Shown here: positions 1-12,493 of the stretch, in pieces
Layout of the letters: each line of letters starts with the position of its first letter
Position numbering within the stretch: the first letter of the stretch is position 1
NCBI RefSeq assembly: GCF_037042905.1
Contig: NC_087248.1
Coordinates: forward strand, 18,476,001-18,540,000
Origin: Lytechinus pictus
Taxonomy: Eukaryota
Length of the DNA stretch: 64,000 nt
Direction: 5' to 3'
Program-made: the position numbers and the translations under genes
Notes under the pieces: model-generated
What the model saw: the letters and a program-made list of their open reading frames with translations, nothing else
Database searches by the model: none
Told to the model about the DNA's origin: nothing

Positions 1-185
1 GACTGACTCATTTGCATGTCACTGAGTTGCATGTGCATATCACTGTTTTGTGAAAAATAAGCGAAATTTTAAAATGCCATAACTTTCTTATTTTATATCC
101 GATTTTGATGAAATTTTCAGCATTATGCTAGTTTGATTTTTCTCTATTTATTCAAATCAACATTTTTCTGGGGTGGACTTGACCT
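1..185. mobile_element. Right end of a non-autonomous DNA transposon (Kolobok-like, TTAA target)
   Basis: Ends ggggtggacttgacct|ttaa; closely matches 4245-4420. Confidence 0.75.
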
Positions 186-447
186 TTAATAACAGGGACA
201 ACGGAGTTGCAGGACCCAGATGCGTGACTTTATTTTCATTTCTTTTTCTTCCTCTCTTTTCTCTTCTTTTCCCCCTTTTTCTTTTATCTTATAAATGCTT
301 GACAAATCATGAGGGGTTGATTGCCCCTCTTTTTTTTTTGGCTTCTGCTTGTAAACATGATTTCACCAGCATTGGTGGGGGAATAAGAAAAGCAGGATTT
401 AAAGAAAATACCAAAGCAATACAAAACAAAGATAGTACAAAAGTATC

Positions 448-720
448 ATTTATGAGGGAACATTAGAAATGATTTTGAAAGTGAAAATAAGCAATCGTCA
501 TTCTGAATTCATTAATTAAAGATTCATGTGTCTTCATTAATCATTAATCATTTTAAATGTTTAATGATTGTCTCCTTTTTGTCTCGCTTGGAAATTTCAT
601 TTATGAGGGAACATTGCAAAAGATCTTGAAAGTGAAAATAAGGAATAATCATTCTGAATTTCATTTAAGATTCATGCGTCTTCATTAATTAATTTAAATG
701 TTTGTAATTGTCTTCTTTTT
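448..720. repeat. Local tandem duplication, ~150 bp x2
   Basis: atttatgagggaacatt...gaaagtgaaaataag...gattcatg.gtcttcattaa occurs at ~448 and ~599. Confidence 0.8.
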
Positions 721-2209
721 ATTGAATGCTGGCAATTAAGGATCCACAAGGTAGGTTAATGTCTCGAGTGTTATCTGCTTTTTATATTTTCACTTTTCAT
801 TTTCTGTGTGATCAAATAGCATGAAAGTGGAAAGTAAGCGTAATTGGTGAAGTGTGTTTATAAACCCCCTATGGATTTATTTTCTGCATGATGATCAAGG
901 TGAACTTTAGACATGTTTCTTGACTTTATAAACTTTTTTATGTGGTGTTCTGCCTCTAATTTCACAGTTTACTCTGGTCCATACTATTTTGTGATTTTAT
1001 GGATATTTGGTTCCAAAATACATAACTCTCGAAAATCATTTGAATACTGCGATAACAAATCATACAGATATTGGCTTTAAACATTTATGTACTTCATTTC
1101 ACATCTTCGGTTAACTGTCATTGATCATGCATATGATATTTCTCATCAATGTACGGAAACTGTCGATTTTCTCCCTCGATCTGCTGTATTATGCAGACTA
1201 AACTGGTGAAAAAGGTTAGCCCTCTTTCCACTGTAGATATTTTATCTCCAGTGAGAATGGGGTCCTCATAGCATTGATTAATTTCACTTTCGATACACTT
1301 GAAATTAAATAAATGTAATTAATACCCTAAAAATTATTAATAAGCAGCTAATAAATAGGAGTGCTTATTGATTGTGGGATATTTTTTGCATGTGTTGTTT
1401 CAAAAAAAAAAAATGTGCTGTTTGTGATAGGAGTAGTAATTAGCTTTAATAAAGAATCAGTGCCAGGAATGAGGGTAGATTAGATTACATTTTTACTTTT
1501 TTGTGACTCAAAATCCCCTAAAATCAACAATAGGTTACAAAGGAATGTTCTCTGTAAATGGCTAAGACTAATTCTGTCTTCAAAAAGTAAAAATAAAAAA
1601 TAAGCTTTCCAGAATGAAAAAATAATATCCTAGAATTGTGATTGAGTTCTGTGTTGCATTCTGGAAGAATAAATCTTCTTTCTACGAGATTTCACCGTGT
1701 TCACATCTCATGCTTGAGTGAACCCAAACTCCAAACCTTGTTTTTCTCCTTATTTGTTTAATTTTTCTGTGAATTTCTTCTCTCTGCTTTCATGTAATTT
1801 TATGGGTTATTGTTGATAAATTTTGATAAGCTTTGAAATTGCTTTGGGGCAGCAGATCACTTTTAGAGTGAATAAAATCAGTTTTCTTAAGCTAAAAACA
1901 TTAACATGAATCACATATCAAAATGCAAACCAAATAACTATTGCTGCACGCTAGGGTTCAAATAATCAACCCCCCCCCCCTCCAGCTTATTTAAAATATA
2001 ACTTAGAGTGAATGTGATATTACAAACTGGATGAAGGCCCTTGGTAGATCTTTGTTGCATTCATTCAATTTATATTGTCCATGAATTGTGCTCTTAAAAT
2101 ATGGTGAATCCAAAACTTGTTACATGCGTTTGCGATTGTTTGGTGTTCAGTGAGATATATCCTTTTAAAAGTGATTGAGTAACTTTGTGTACATAGGTTT
2201 GCAAATCTG

Positions 2210-2471
2210 GGCCCCATCTTACAAAGACTTGCGAATGATCCGATCAATTGTAACTATGGAAAGCCAGCAAAGCCAACATATGAAATGCATGTTTGCTCAA
2301 ATTTTTTCTAGATGTATATCCACAAATTCATTGATTTCTTGTCAGTTAGGTGTGTTCTTTGTTTACCAAGGACATTTTGCACATTTCGGGTAGAAAAGAT
2401 TATGACAACTGATGGATTTTCATAGAGTTACGATTGATTGGATCAATCGTAACTCTTTGTAAGACGGGGCC
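2210..2471. mobile_element. MITE (Harbinger-like, CWG flanks)
   Basis: TIRs ggccccatcttacaaag...ctttgtaagacggggcc flanked by ctg/cag. Confidence 0.75.
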
Positions 2472-2665
2472 CAGATCTTTAGAGCATTTACATGCTGTTA
2501 ATGCATGCAATAGTGTTTCAAGAGGAAACCCTGACAAGTTTATTTCATAAGCAACATAACATGAAGATGCTTTGCAATAAGTAAAAAAAATGATTATTTT
2601 GCCTCCAGTTCAGTGTCAACTTCTAAAAGCAAATGGACACTTATGTCCGTAGTCATCGTAATTGT

Positions 2666-2846
2666 AGTCTAGATCTGGACGTTAGTAGTTATTTTGTTTG
2701 AAAAATCCTACCCTCACCCACACACCATTACATCAGTCCTCTCTCTTTTCACCTTCTCCTACTAAGGTGAAAAGAGATAGGACTGAAGTAGTAGTGTGTG
2801 GATGAGAGTATAGGTTTTTCCAAACTAACGTCCAGATCTGAACTAA
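2666..2846. mobile_element. Hairpin MITE
   Basis: agatctggacgttag...ctaacgtccagatct termini with an extended internal inverted repeat (cacacac..cagtcct..cttttcacctt / aaggtgaaaag..aggactg..gtgtgtg). Confidence 0.75.
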
Positions 2847-3583
2847 CGTTATTGCAGCATTTGAGCGACCGATAAACTTCAAAATCTTTGGATATTCCTG
2901 TCTAACATAAAGGTTTGCAATTATGATCGCAGCTATGCAAGAAAAAAATATAGACCTTGAATGAAGTTAAACGATACCATTACTTGTGTCAGAAAGAAGA
3001 TCTGTGCCCCGTAACACAAAGCTTAGCGATTGATCGAAGAAGAGCTAGTTTGTATAATTGATTATAAACAATAACCAATTTAATCAATTGTAGATATCAG
3101 CCCAATGATCAATCACTATTATAGGAGCCTCGATTTCATTGGTATTAATTTAGCTCCCAATAAAGGGTCACCAGTGACACCGTTCTCAATTTAAACCTAA
3201 AAACTAGTTTACTGGAAACCGATTCAGGAAACCAGTTTGGAAGATCGCACTGCTAGCGTTCCAATTTGATCACCCAAAGTTGGTTTTCAAAACCACTTCA
3301 CGGAAATCGATCTTTTAGCCATGGGTACGCTCTCATTTTCGCACGAAATTTGAAACCGCAGCGTAGGCATTCTCCACACGGTGTGAAGATCGCTTCTCGA
3401 AGAACGGTTGTGTCCTCAATAATGCTTAAACCAGTTTAACGAGGCAAAGCGTTCTTCAAAACTACATCGCAAGGTGGTTTTCTGAACCAGTTTGGAAGAT
3501 CGCTTTGACTGTTCTCATTACACGTTAAACTAGTTTCGTCATAGATAAGTAAGAAATGAACAGCTTTATGAAACATCCACCTG

Positions 3584-3740
3584 GGCTCCGTAACACAAAG
3601 GTTTGCAATCAATCGCTAAATACCAATGACCAATCAAGATCATCGTTGCACGCGCACTCTGTTTAAAATACTGACTGAGAACCAATCTGTGCGGTTCTTT
3701 CATATTTGCAATTCATCGCAAACATTTGTGTTACGAAGCC
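3584..3740. mobile_element. MITE (Harbinger-like)
   Basis: ggctccgtaacacaaa...tttgtgttacgaagcc with ctg/cag flanks; related ends near 3005 and 37992-38120. Confidence 0.7.
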
Positions 3741-3826
3741 CAGGTCGGTGTTTCATTAAGCTGTTCATTTCTTACGTACCACCGGGGATCCTTTCTTAGG
3801 AGCTAAATCAATACCAATGAACTCAA

Positions 3827-4420
3827 AGGACAAGTCCACCCCAACAAAAAGTTGATTTGAATAAAAAGAGAAAAATCCAACAAGCATAGCACTTAAAATT
3901 TCATCAAAATCGGATGTAAAATAAGAAAGTTATGACATTTTAAAGTTTCGCTTAATTTCTCAAAACAGTAATATATGCACATCCTGGCTGGTATGCAAAT
4001 GAGGAGACTATGACGTCATCCACTCACTATTTCTTTTGTATTTTATTATATGAAATATGAAATATTCTAATTTTCTCCTCATCGTCAATGATACAATGAT
4101 TAATTCCTCCCTGAACATGTGGAGTAAGCATTGTTTAATACTACATGGTTCAGTCAAGTTGGTCCTTATTGTCAAATCTATGAAAAAAAAAATTGTATAA
4201 TTCAAACAATAAAAAACAAAAGAAATAGTGAGTGATGGACAGCATCGACTGACTCACCTAGTTGTGCATATCACTGTTTAGTGAAAAATAAATGAAACTT
4301 TAAAATGTCATATTTCTTATTTTATATCCTATTTTGATGAGATTTTCCACACTATGCTACATGTAGTTTGATTTTTCTCTGTTTATTCAAGTCAGCATTT
4401 TTCTGGGGTGGACTAGACCT
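3827..4420. mobile_element. Non-autonomous DNA transposon (Kolobok-like) nested in a MITE
   Basis: TIRs aggacaagtccacccca / tggggtggactagacct with an identical tcaa on both flanks; long subterminal inverted repeats. Confidence 0.8.
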
Positions 4421-4483
4421 TCAAGGGTGTATCATTTTAATACCACAAGAAAGGATCACCAGTCATGTGTAACTTAGGAACTG

Positions 4484-4653
4484 GTGGGTGTTTCATAAAG
4501 CTGTTCGTAAGTTAAAAGCGACTTTAAGAACGACTGGTGATCCTTCTTGTGGTAAATGGGATATTCATTGCCGATGGTTAAGCGCGTAAGAAAGGTTCAC
4601 CAGTCGTTCTTAAAGTCGCTCTTTACTTACGAACAGCTTTATGAAACGGCTCC
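4484..4653. mobile_element. Harbinger-like MITE (gtttcataaagctgttcgtaa family)
   Basis: Long near-perfect TIRs; other copies at 7676, 29119 and 37841. Confidence 0.8.
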
Positions 4654-4678
4654 CAGCCTTATTAATCAGCCTCATGTA

Positions 4679-4909
4679 CAGTGGTGCTCAAAATTTAGTG
4701 AACCCCATCAGAAAATATAACCTACTGAAAGTGTTCCAAGTTCTGTTATGTTGTAGATATTCCATTGTGAAGTCGGATGATAAATATTATATTCAATAAA
4801 GTTTGTAATTCTGGGCTTGCCGAACATTGTAGTGTTGTAGCCTACATTCAACACTCGGCATGAAGGAGTGCATTTTGTGGTGGGATTCACTAACTTTTGA
4901 GCACAACTG
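4679..4909. mobile_element. Tc1/mariner-type MITE
   Basis: TA|cagtggtgctcaaaatttagtgaa...ttcactaacttttgagcacaactg|TA. Confidence 0.85.
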
Positions 4910-4981
4910 TATAACCTATACGATATACTGTATCTCTGGAGGTTAAGCATTTTCAACTTTCTTGTCTGTGTTTATCAACAG

Positions 4982-5126
4982 GGCAGCACAAGGAGGACAC
5001 CTGGATGTCGTCAAGTTCTTGTTGCGCTGCGGAGCGGATGGACGACCCAACCAGGAGAGTAAGATAACCGCCCTCTACGCCGCTTGCCAATATGGCTACC
5101 TGGAAGTGGCCGAAACTTTGCTTAAG
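4982..5126 (+). CDS. LRRK exon (first in window): ankyrin repeats
   Basis: caacag|G acceptor, AAG|gtttgt donor; AAQGGHLDVVKFLL...ALYAACQYGYLEVAETLL; starts in phase 2, so upstream exons lie outside the window. Confidence 0.9.
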
Positions 5127-8100
5127 GTTTGTGTTAACTTTATAATGATTGAGTTAATTTGTTTCTTTGTTGTTGTTTTTTAGTAGAGACACGCTGCCGA
5201 TGTTGGAGACTCTCATTTGGGGAGATTGTATCTAATATCGAAGTTTCCAATTTCAGAGATATGCACTCTCGAGTTTGAGAGCCGATTTTCCAAATGTGGT
5301 AAACAGTAAATAAATAATAATAATACCAAGAAGTTGTTAAAATAAGAATAAATATGTGCCAAATTACTTTGATTATACTTATAGAAAATTGTAATTGTAC
5401 ACTAATAATATACAAGCCACTACTATATGCCATTAAGACAGGTCTTTTTTTTCAGTAGCATGCCTGGATGCATGTGGGTCTCTTTGTGATGATTGATGAT
5501 TTTTATTGTTTTCGAAAGTTACTTGGTTTCCATCTGTTTTTACATAATTTCACAGTATTTGGCTCAATTAAACAATGTCAGAATTATCTGCATGTATGGT
5601 GATAATCACTAATTTAAAAAAAATTTGGCTAACTGTAACAACATAATTTTGGCTTTAAAGTAACCAAATATTTAAGTTGCATTATTGTACGTAAACTCCT
5701 CCTTGGTGACAGCAATAACAGGAAATTGTAAATTTAGATGTTTCATCAACAGTAGCTTATTTTTGGTTCCATCTGCGTCACAATTATAAAGCATTTTCCT
5801 GACAATGAAAGTTCCCACTCACCCTCTTTGTCTTTTATGTTAAGAATAAATTTCAATGTCATTGCTTATACACTGATATCCTGTACATGTATGTGGATGC
5901 ATCTTGCCTTAAGTACTTGAACAGATGTACATCAAATACAAGTTTTACATGTTCTGTTAAATACTAAGACCCACATTTTTAATGGTGTTTCTACTTTTTA
6001 ATCCATGGTTTATCCAGATATTATGCATAAATTACTCTAGATTCAGTGCACATGCATCATCCCCCCCCCCCCGAGAATGGCCCTAAAACAGATATACAAG
6101 ATATACAAGATATGTATACAAGATATACAAGATATTTATTTTGTCTTCGCAAACATGATTACAAAGAAATTTGTTTTCCACTGGTGTAATATACATTAGA
6201 CATGCATGAACAAAATCAAACAAAGAAACAAATAAGTTACACAGGTATGAAGCAAATACAACAAAACATTTGCAAAAGTTTGAGTCATCCAGAATACTTA
6301 TCAAAATTATTAGCATTCAAATATTGTTATAATTATTATTGACATTATTATTATTGTTGCCATCATCATCACTACTATTGCTTTTATATGACTATTATCA
6401 TTATCATGAAACTTTCCGGGATATCAGTACATAAGTTCATCATTTCGCTGGGAACAGAAGTTTATTTAACGTTGAGCTTGTGAATTGAATTTGTGAATAG
6501 AGTCGGGTATGAATGAATTTCTAAAACGGGAAAGGCGGGTTGGAGTGGGACGAAGTCTTATGCTAGAACGATTGAATGAGTAGTAATGATTAAGTGGATG
6601 AGAAGTGTCTTTCATAATCAAGCGGACTTTTCCTAAGATCTGATCTGTACAGTGGGATTCGATAGAGGCTAAATCTACTCCTATTATTCTTTGAGATAAC
6701 AAATTTTACTATTATTTATTACCCTGCTTATTACCCTATAGAGATTTTTAATGATATTTGAAAGAAGTTAATCTAATTTTTTGCACGATGAAAGGCAGCC
6801 ATTTGTGAAGACGCATGAATATTCAGGAGAATAAATGCCAACCAGAGAATGGAATTTGGACAAACATCTCCTGTAAAAAAAGGCATTTATACAGTGAAGT
6901 GATGAATACTCATTGAAAAAACAAGAATGAGAATGCTGAATGTACAAAATTGGTTTAGAAAATGGGATGTTAGAGAAAGTGGGGTCAGGGCATGTCAGAA
7001 AAAATGGGGTAAGGCTATTGAAAACTCCCCAGAAATTAAGAAATAAGCAACGCGTAATCTGACATTCCCGTTGCAGTATGATACATCTATTCTGATCTTT
7101 TAAGATCTCTTCAAAAACAAAGAACATTATTATCGAATGAAACTTCAGTTCGAACGGAAGGAAGTAGGGAAAGTTAGCTCTTTCCTGTTGCTTCCTCGAA
7201 AGTTAGATGTTTGGATTTCAGCAATTTGTTTCGGGATTTTGACTGTTTGCCAACTCCAGTTGTTTATTTTTGAAGGTTTACATGTATACAGATACATGAT
7301 TACCACATGTACACCATGAGCTTTCACTTTCATTCATTGATCTGTATTGTAAACCCAACAGGATGTTAAAATGCTTTCGTATCGTAGTTTTAATCAATTG
7401 TACATGTATATCATTGTTTTGAGAAGACAGCAATTCCAAGAACTTACAAACGGTATTCCCTAAATTGTTTTGTGGGTTAGGTCAGACAACATTACAAAGC
7501 ACAAACTTCCACAATTATTATAATATCAATACATGTACATAGTATGCTTAGAAAAAAGAGAAAAATATGTTTTTCTTTAACTGCTTTATATTTGGGCAGA
7601 CTTCCTATTTTAGGTGCACATATATGTTATATTTTATATACATGTAAGTCTGAAAGAAGATACATATAGGTCCTGGGGGCCGTTTCATAAAGCTGTTCGT
7701 AAAGTTACGCACAACTTTACGCACGACAGGAACATGTTCTTAGGTCATAACTCAATTACATAGGGATATCACATAGCACAAGAAAGGATCACCAGTCATG
7801 CGTAAAGTCATTTGTATCATACGTAAAGCTTTATGAAACACCCACCTGATAGGTCACCAAACAAGTCATCAATTATCTTTTAGCAGCTTTGCTGCATGCA
7901 AGAGTTCACCCCCTCCCCCCCCCCCTTTATTCCCTCTTGATCTTATCTTAGAAGTAGGCATAATATTAACTTTGCCCCTCTGCAGCCACCAAGATGACCA
8001 AGTTCTGTGATATTCATTGGCTCTGTGCAGCTGAACTGCATGGACTGTTGAAAAATTATTGGGGGTTGAATTCAATTTTCTTAGCTGACCAATGTTTCCT

Positions 8101-11100
8101 TATATTTTTTGAAAAATAAGTTTGTTGATAAACTTCCTATAACACTCAAAGGTAACCTGTTCCGCTCTGCTATCATTTCGGGGGGAATAGCACTCATGTG
8201 TGGATAGGTAAGAATCTAAATTGGGGTTGGTATTCTCTACTGCTATTAAATGAAAAGATGATCATGAAACTTCATCAGTGTTGGTTGAAAATAAGGAAAT
8301 TTTGAACTTTTGTTCATCGATCACTACGTCACTAATAAGGTCAAATCGGGTCACTTCGCTGAGGAAGGCTGCGGTTGGTAGCGAAAAATTTTGAGGTAAT
8401 TCTTCAAGTTTTCTTTTTGTGTTGAGAACAAAAGATCAAAAATTTTGCTGATGCTACTTAAAGTTTCCCAAGTACTGTGTCCTATTCACACACATGATGT
8501 ATACACATCCTCCACTCCCTGAGGAGCAAGAGTTTCATTGTTTACATTGTGAATGTGGTTATATTCAATCAATTATATATTTTTTTCAGAGGTTTCCAGG
8601 TATGGCTAGTGAGCAGACACAGGACATGGAGCTCCCGCTGCATGCTGCTGCCAAAGAAGGCTACCCCGCCTTGGTCAAACTCCTTCTGGAGTTCGACTAT
8701 AAGACGGCTGTCGAAGAATCGGTAAGGAGTACACTTTAATCTGTTATTTGACTAAGAACTTCAGGATATCTTGTTCTAAAGCAGATAAGCCGATTGCATG
8801 ATTTAGTACCTGTTTTATAAAACTTATGATAAGAATTTGCAGTAACAGTTAAAAGCTACTGAAATCATTCAATCTGATTGGCTGATAGAAAGTTGTTATA
8901 GAAGTTGTCCATTTGTTCTTGTAACAGGTCCTTACGAAAGAGGACCAGGGTCTTTGCAAGGGCTGTCTTTCCTGTCACTCATTCATATGATGTACCGTAG
9001 GAGGAACATTTCTAAAATTTATTTTTTTAAAACTGTTAACATTATTCATCTCGTTTTTAAATCGAGTTTTATTTAATGGCATATATAGGTGCTACGTCAT
9101 TTTAAGCAACACTTTTCGTTCAATTTAACAGATGAATAAGATAGGTTCGCAGGTATTCATTTGAAAGGAGTCTCATATGGCACATTATAGTAAAGTGGTA
9201 AAATGAATGATGGTCCTGGCAAAGATCAGCCCCAGATGTACATGTACTATAGGAATCATTACCAAAAATACCAGCTAGCATTCTTTGACTCAATGTACAC
9301 TCAACAAGCACACAACAGCAGGATTAATGATCCATATCCATTGTTCTAGGTGTAAATCGGGTGTAAGAATGACAATTGGTACTATAAGCAGATTTTGAGA
9401 TCTTTATTTTGTTTGGAAATTTATATCAGGTTTTCACTTACATTGTAAAAAGTTGATGGCAAATATAAAATAAAGGTTATAAATGAAAAACAAGAATATG
9501 AAATTCAGTGAGCCATAAATTGCCCCCTGGTTATATGTTGGGATATTTGCAAAGTAATCCTTGACATGAAGTGAACAAAGAATATCCAAACCATGAAATA
9601 TTGATATCGCAATTAGAGTTTCTTGTTATTAATTTTCTGTTAAACATTTTTAAAATGATTACTTTGAATATCAAGCATACTGCCATATTTAGATTGATTT
9701 GTGGTTGTTTTGGTCTGTTTGTTTCACCAGAGCATCTGCGAGTCCGACCTTGGAACCTCCGGCATCACCTTCAAGTCCTACAAGGGCAACCTGCCCTTCT
9801 ATATCAACCAGAGAAACATCAACGGGCAGACCGCTCTCTACCTAGCCTGCATGGCAGGACACCCGGAAGTGGTCCGCATTCTCCTGGAGTACCAACCTTC
9901 GGGGACAGCGAGACATTCCTACGCAACGCTCAAGAAGAAGTCCTATGTGGATGTTGATTGCTACACGGTGCTTGGGCAGACGCCGTTGCACAGTGCTGTC
10001 ATGAAGGGCGATACTGAGATCGTTGCTCTTCTGCTCAGGCATGGTGCTGATGTCAACCTTCCCATCAAGTCCATACAGTGCCTCTTTGATTCAGGGAAGG
10101 AGAAGGATTCAGGAAAGGTGACAGAGAAGATGTTCTTTGCAGAAGAGGATTCCTCGCTGCTCTATGAAGCATGCAGTGCCAACGATTACAACATTGACAT
10201 CATCAATATGCTTCTGAGGCAAGGTGCGCGTGATGTTGATGATAAGGCCTTGATGGCTGCTACATTGGCAGTTCACAATGATGTCAAGACTAGTATTCTG
10301 GCACACACTGGTGTGCATCCAGATCCAGACTTTGTGATTGGAGACAAACCACTCAGCAAGTTCAAAAACTACTTTTTGGAATGCTCGCGGAGTAGTAGCG
10401 TGGATTTGGATGAATCGACGATCAAGTTTGGGAAGGGATCGCGGGAAACTGCATCAATGCAGAGGTCCCGTTTTGGAAGGCAGGACTCAAATCCAGGTGA
10501 AAGACGCAAGGGTGGAATCTTAGATCGCAGGAAAACAGTTGCTAGTATCAAGCGATCTGTGAGCACGCTTGGAACATTTGATACTGCCGTCACCATTGAC
10601 TGGCATGATCACAACTTAACAGACATTAATGTAGATTGGTTGGTGGAGGCTGGTTTTCGGCATAACCCAGCTCTGAGACATTACCCCGTTCCTGAATCAG
10701 GGATTCATGACGTAGTCGCGACCATCACACGCATTGACATTTCTGATAACAGCCTTAGTCGGATTCCTCTGGTTGTATTCCAGCTGCCATCCTTGCAGCA
10801 TCTAAATGCCAGTAGGAACAAAATTAGTAGGCTCCCTGATGGAGCCGCAGTGGGAGAACAATGCTCAAGGAAGAGCAGCTTTTCAGAAGGATCTGATGTA
10901 TTCGCTCTGGATCAGTGGAACGCTCCATTGCTCAAGCATATTCACCTAGAGCACAATAGAATAAGTACCTTGCCACCGGACATCTTCTCATTACCTTGTC
11001 TGGAAAACCTTTACCTTCAAAACAATCGGCTTACGCACATGCCTTTTGAGATGTGGATGTCACCTAAGCTGAAAATGCTCAATCTTAGTCGGAACAGGAT

Positions 11101-12440
11101 AGAAGAATTACCAAGTTATCAGATGGACTCTGTTGGTGGTGTCAATATGAGCTGCCACTTGGAGACTCCAGGAATTGTTGATGAGAATCACATAGGATGC
11201 AACCAGAAGACAAGTCAGATGTCTCTCCCCATGGCGCTCATGGCTGATTCAAAGAAAGAATCGTCAGCAGTCAAAGGTGGGAAATCCCGTAGCAGCCCTA
11301 CGCTTGACGAGGCAGGCTTGGAGAGTCAATCGACCCCTTCTAGGGGGATGAAACGTCAGATTTCCTCAGGGGCAATGTCGGCTCCAGACTCTGAGGGAGT
11401 GGAGTCGGGGTCGCACACTCCCCCACGGCGGTATTCCTTTGTCAACATGAAGCGTCATCGCTTGTGTAGCATGGGGTCGTATGATGCCACGCACGAAGAA
11501 GAAGAAAATGGGAACATCGATGAATTGAGCTCCTTAGAAATTCTTGATCTTTCACATAACAAACTTTCCCAGATACCCTCAGGTTTACCTTGCCTGACTC
11601 CAAAGCTTACCAAACTCATCCTATCTCACAATGAAATCCTTGAACTCTGCTCTATCAGCAAGCTGCCAGCTGGTCTGATGGATCTAGAATTAGCCCATAA
11701 TAGAGTCAAGCACATCTCGGTGATTGCACCAAGGACCTCTCTTCGAGGTAAGAACACTTCATCACGGCTCATACGGGCAGCCTCTACCGTGGAGAATCCT
11801 ACAAATTCCACGGACTCGTGCTACAGTCCGAAGACCTCCTGCTACTTGGTCACCTCGCCGTTGTCGTCATCGTCGTCATCAAGACGGAGGAGCCGTGAGT
11901 CCGTCATGGTGCCGCCGACTCTTTCAGTATCCACCAACAGCCTGGTCCAGGTCTGCAAGCATAGGAGGCATCGGACGTTGGCCAACCTGAGGACTCTGGA
12001 CTTGTCCAACAACTGCTTGGAGAAGTTGGAGATCATCTCCAGAATGCTTGTGGATGCACCCCATGACATTGGGGAAGACGAGGATGAGCCCATGGTGGTC
12101 ACCATACACGGGCAGCAGGATGAAGATCCAAATGTATGTATATGTCCCTCTAGATGTGAATATCATTTTGGAGGATTTGTTTGAAGACTCTAAAGATTTT
12201 TTAGTAAGCTTTACAGGGAATAATATCTTTGGTATCCCCTCACAATATGCTCCACATTTTAAGACTGCTACACCAAATGTTTTTGTTTAGCATATTTTTC
12301 TATAGGACTGGTCAGAAATTAGTTGAGAATTTTCCTCTTATGACCAAAAATACTAATCAAATTTTGAAAGCAAAATTATTCCCTGCCAACTTTTGATAAT
12401 TCATTGCAGGTGATTATGGTGGTATTGACGATGATGATAG

Positions 12441-12493
<53 letters not shown>

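Noticed and set aside
6768-7333. ORFs upstream of the LINE fragment
   Set aside because: No RT or other recognisable motif in the frames I read.
9571-12290. Overlapping alternative-frame and antisense ORFs around the large exons (also 23244-25078)
   Set aside because: Shadows of the real coding frame; no domain motifs or splice logic.
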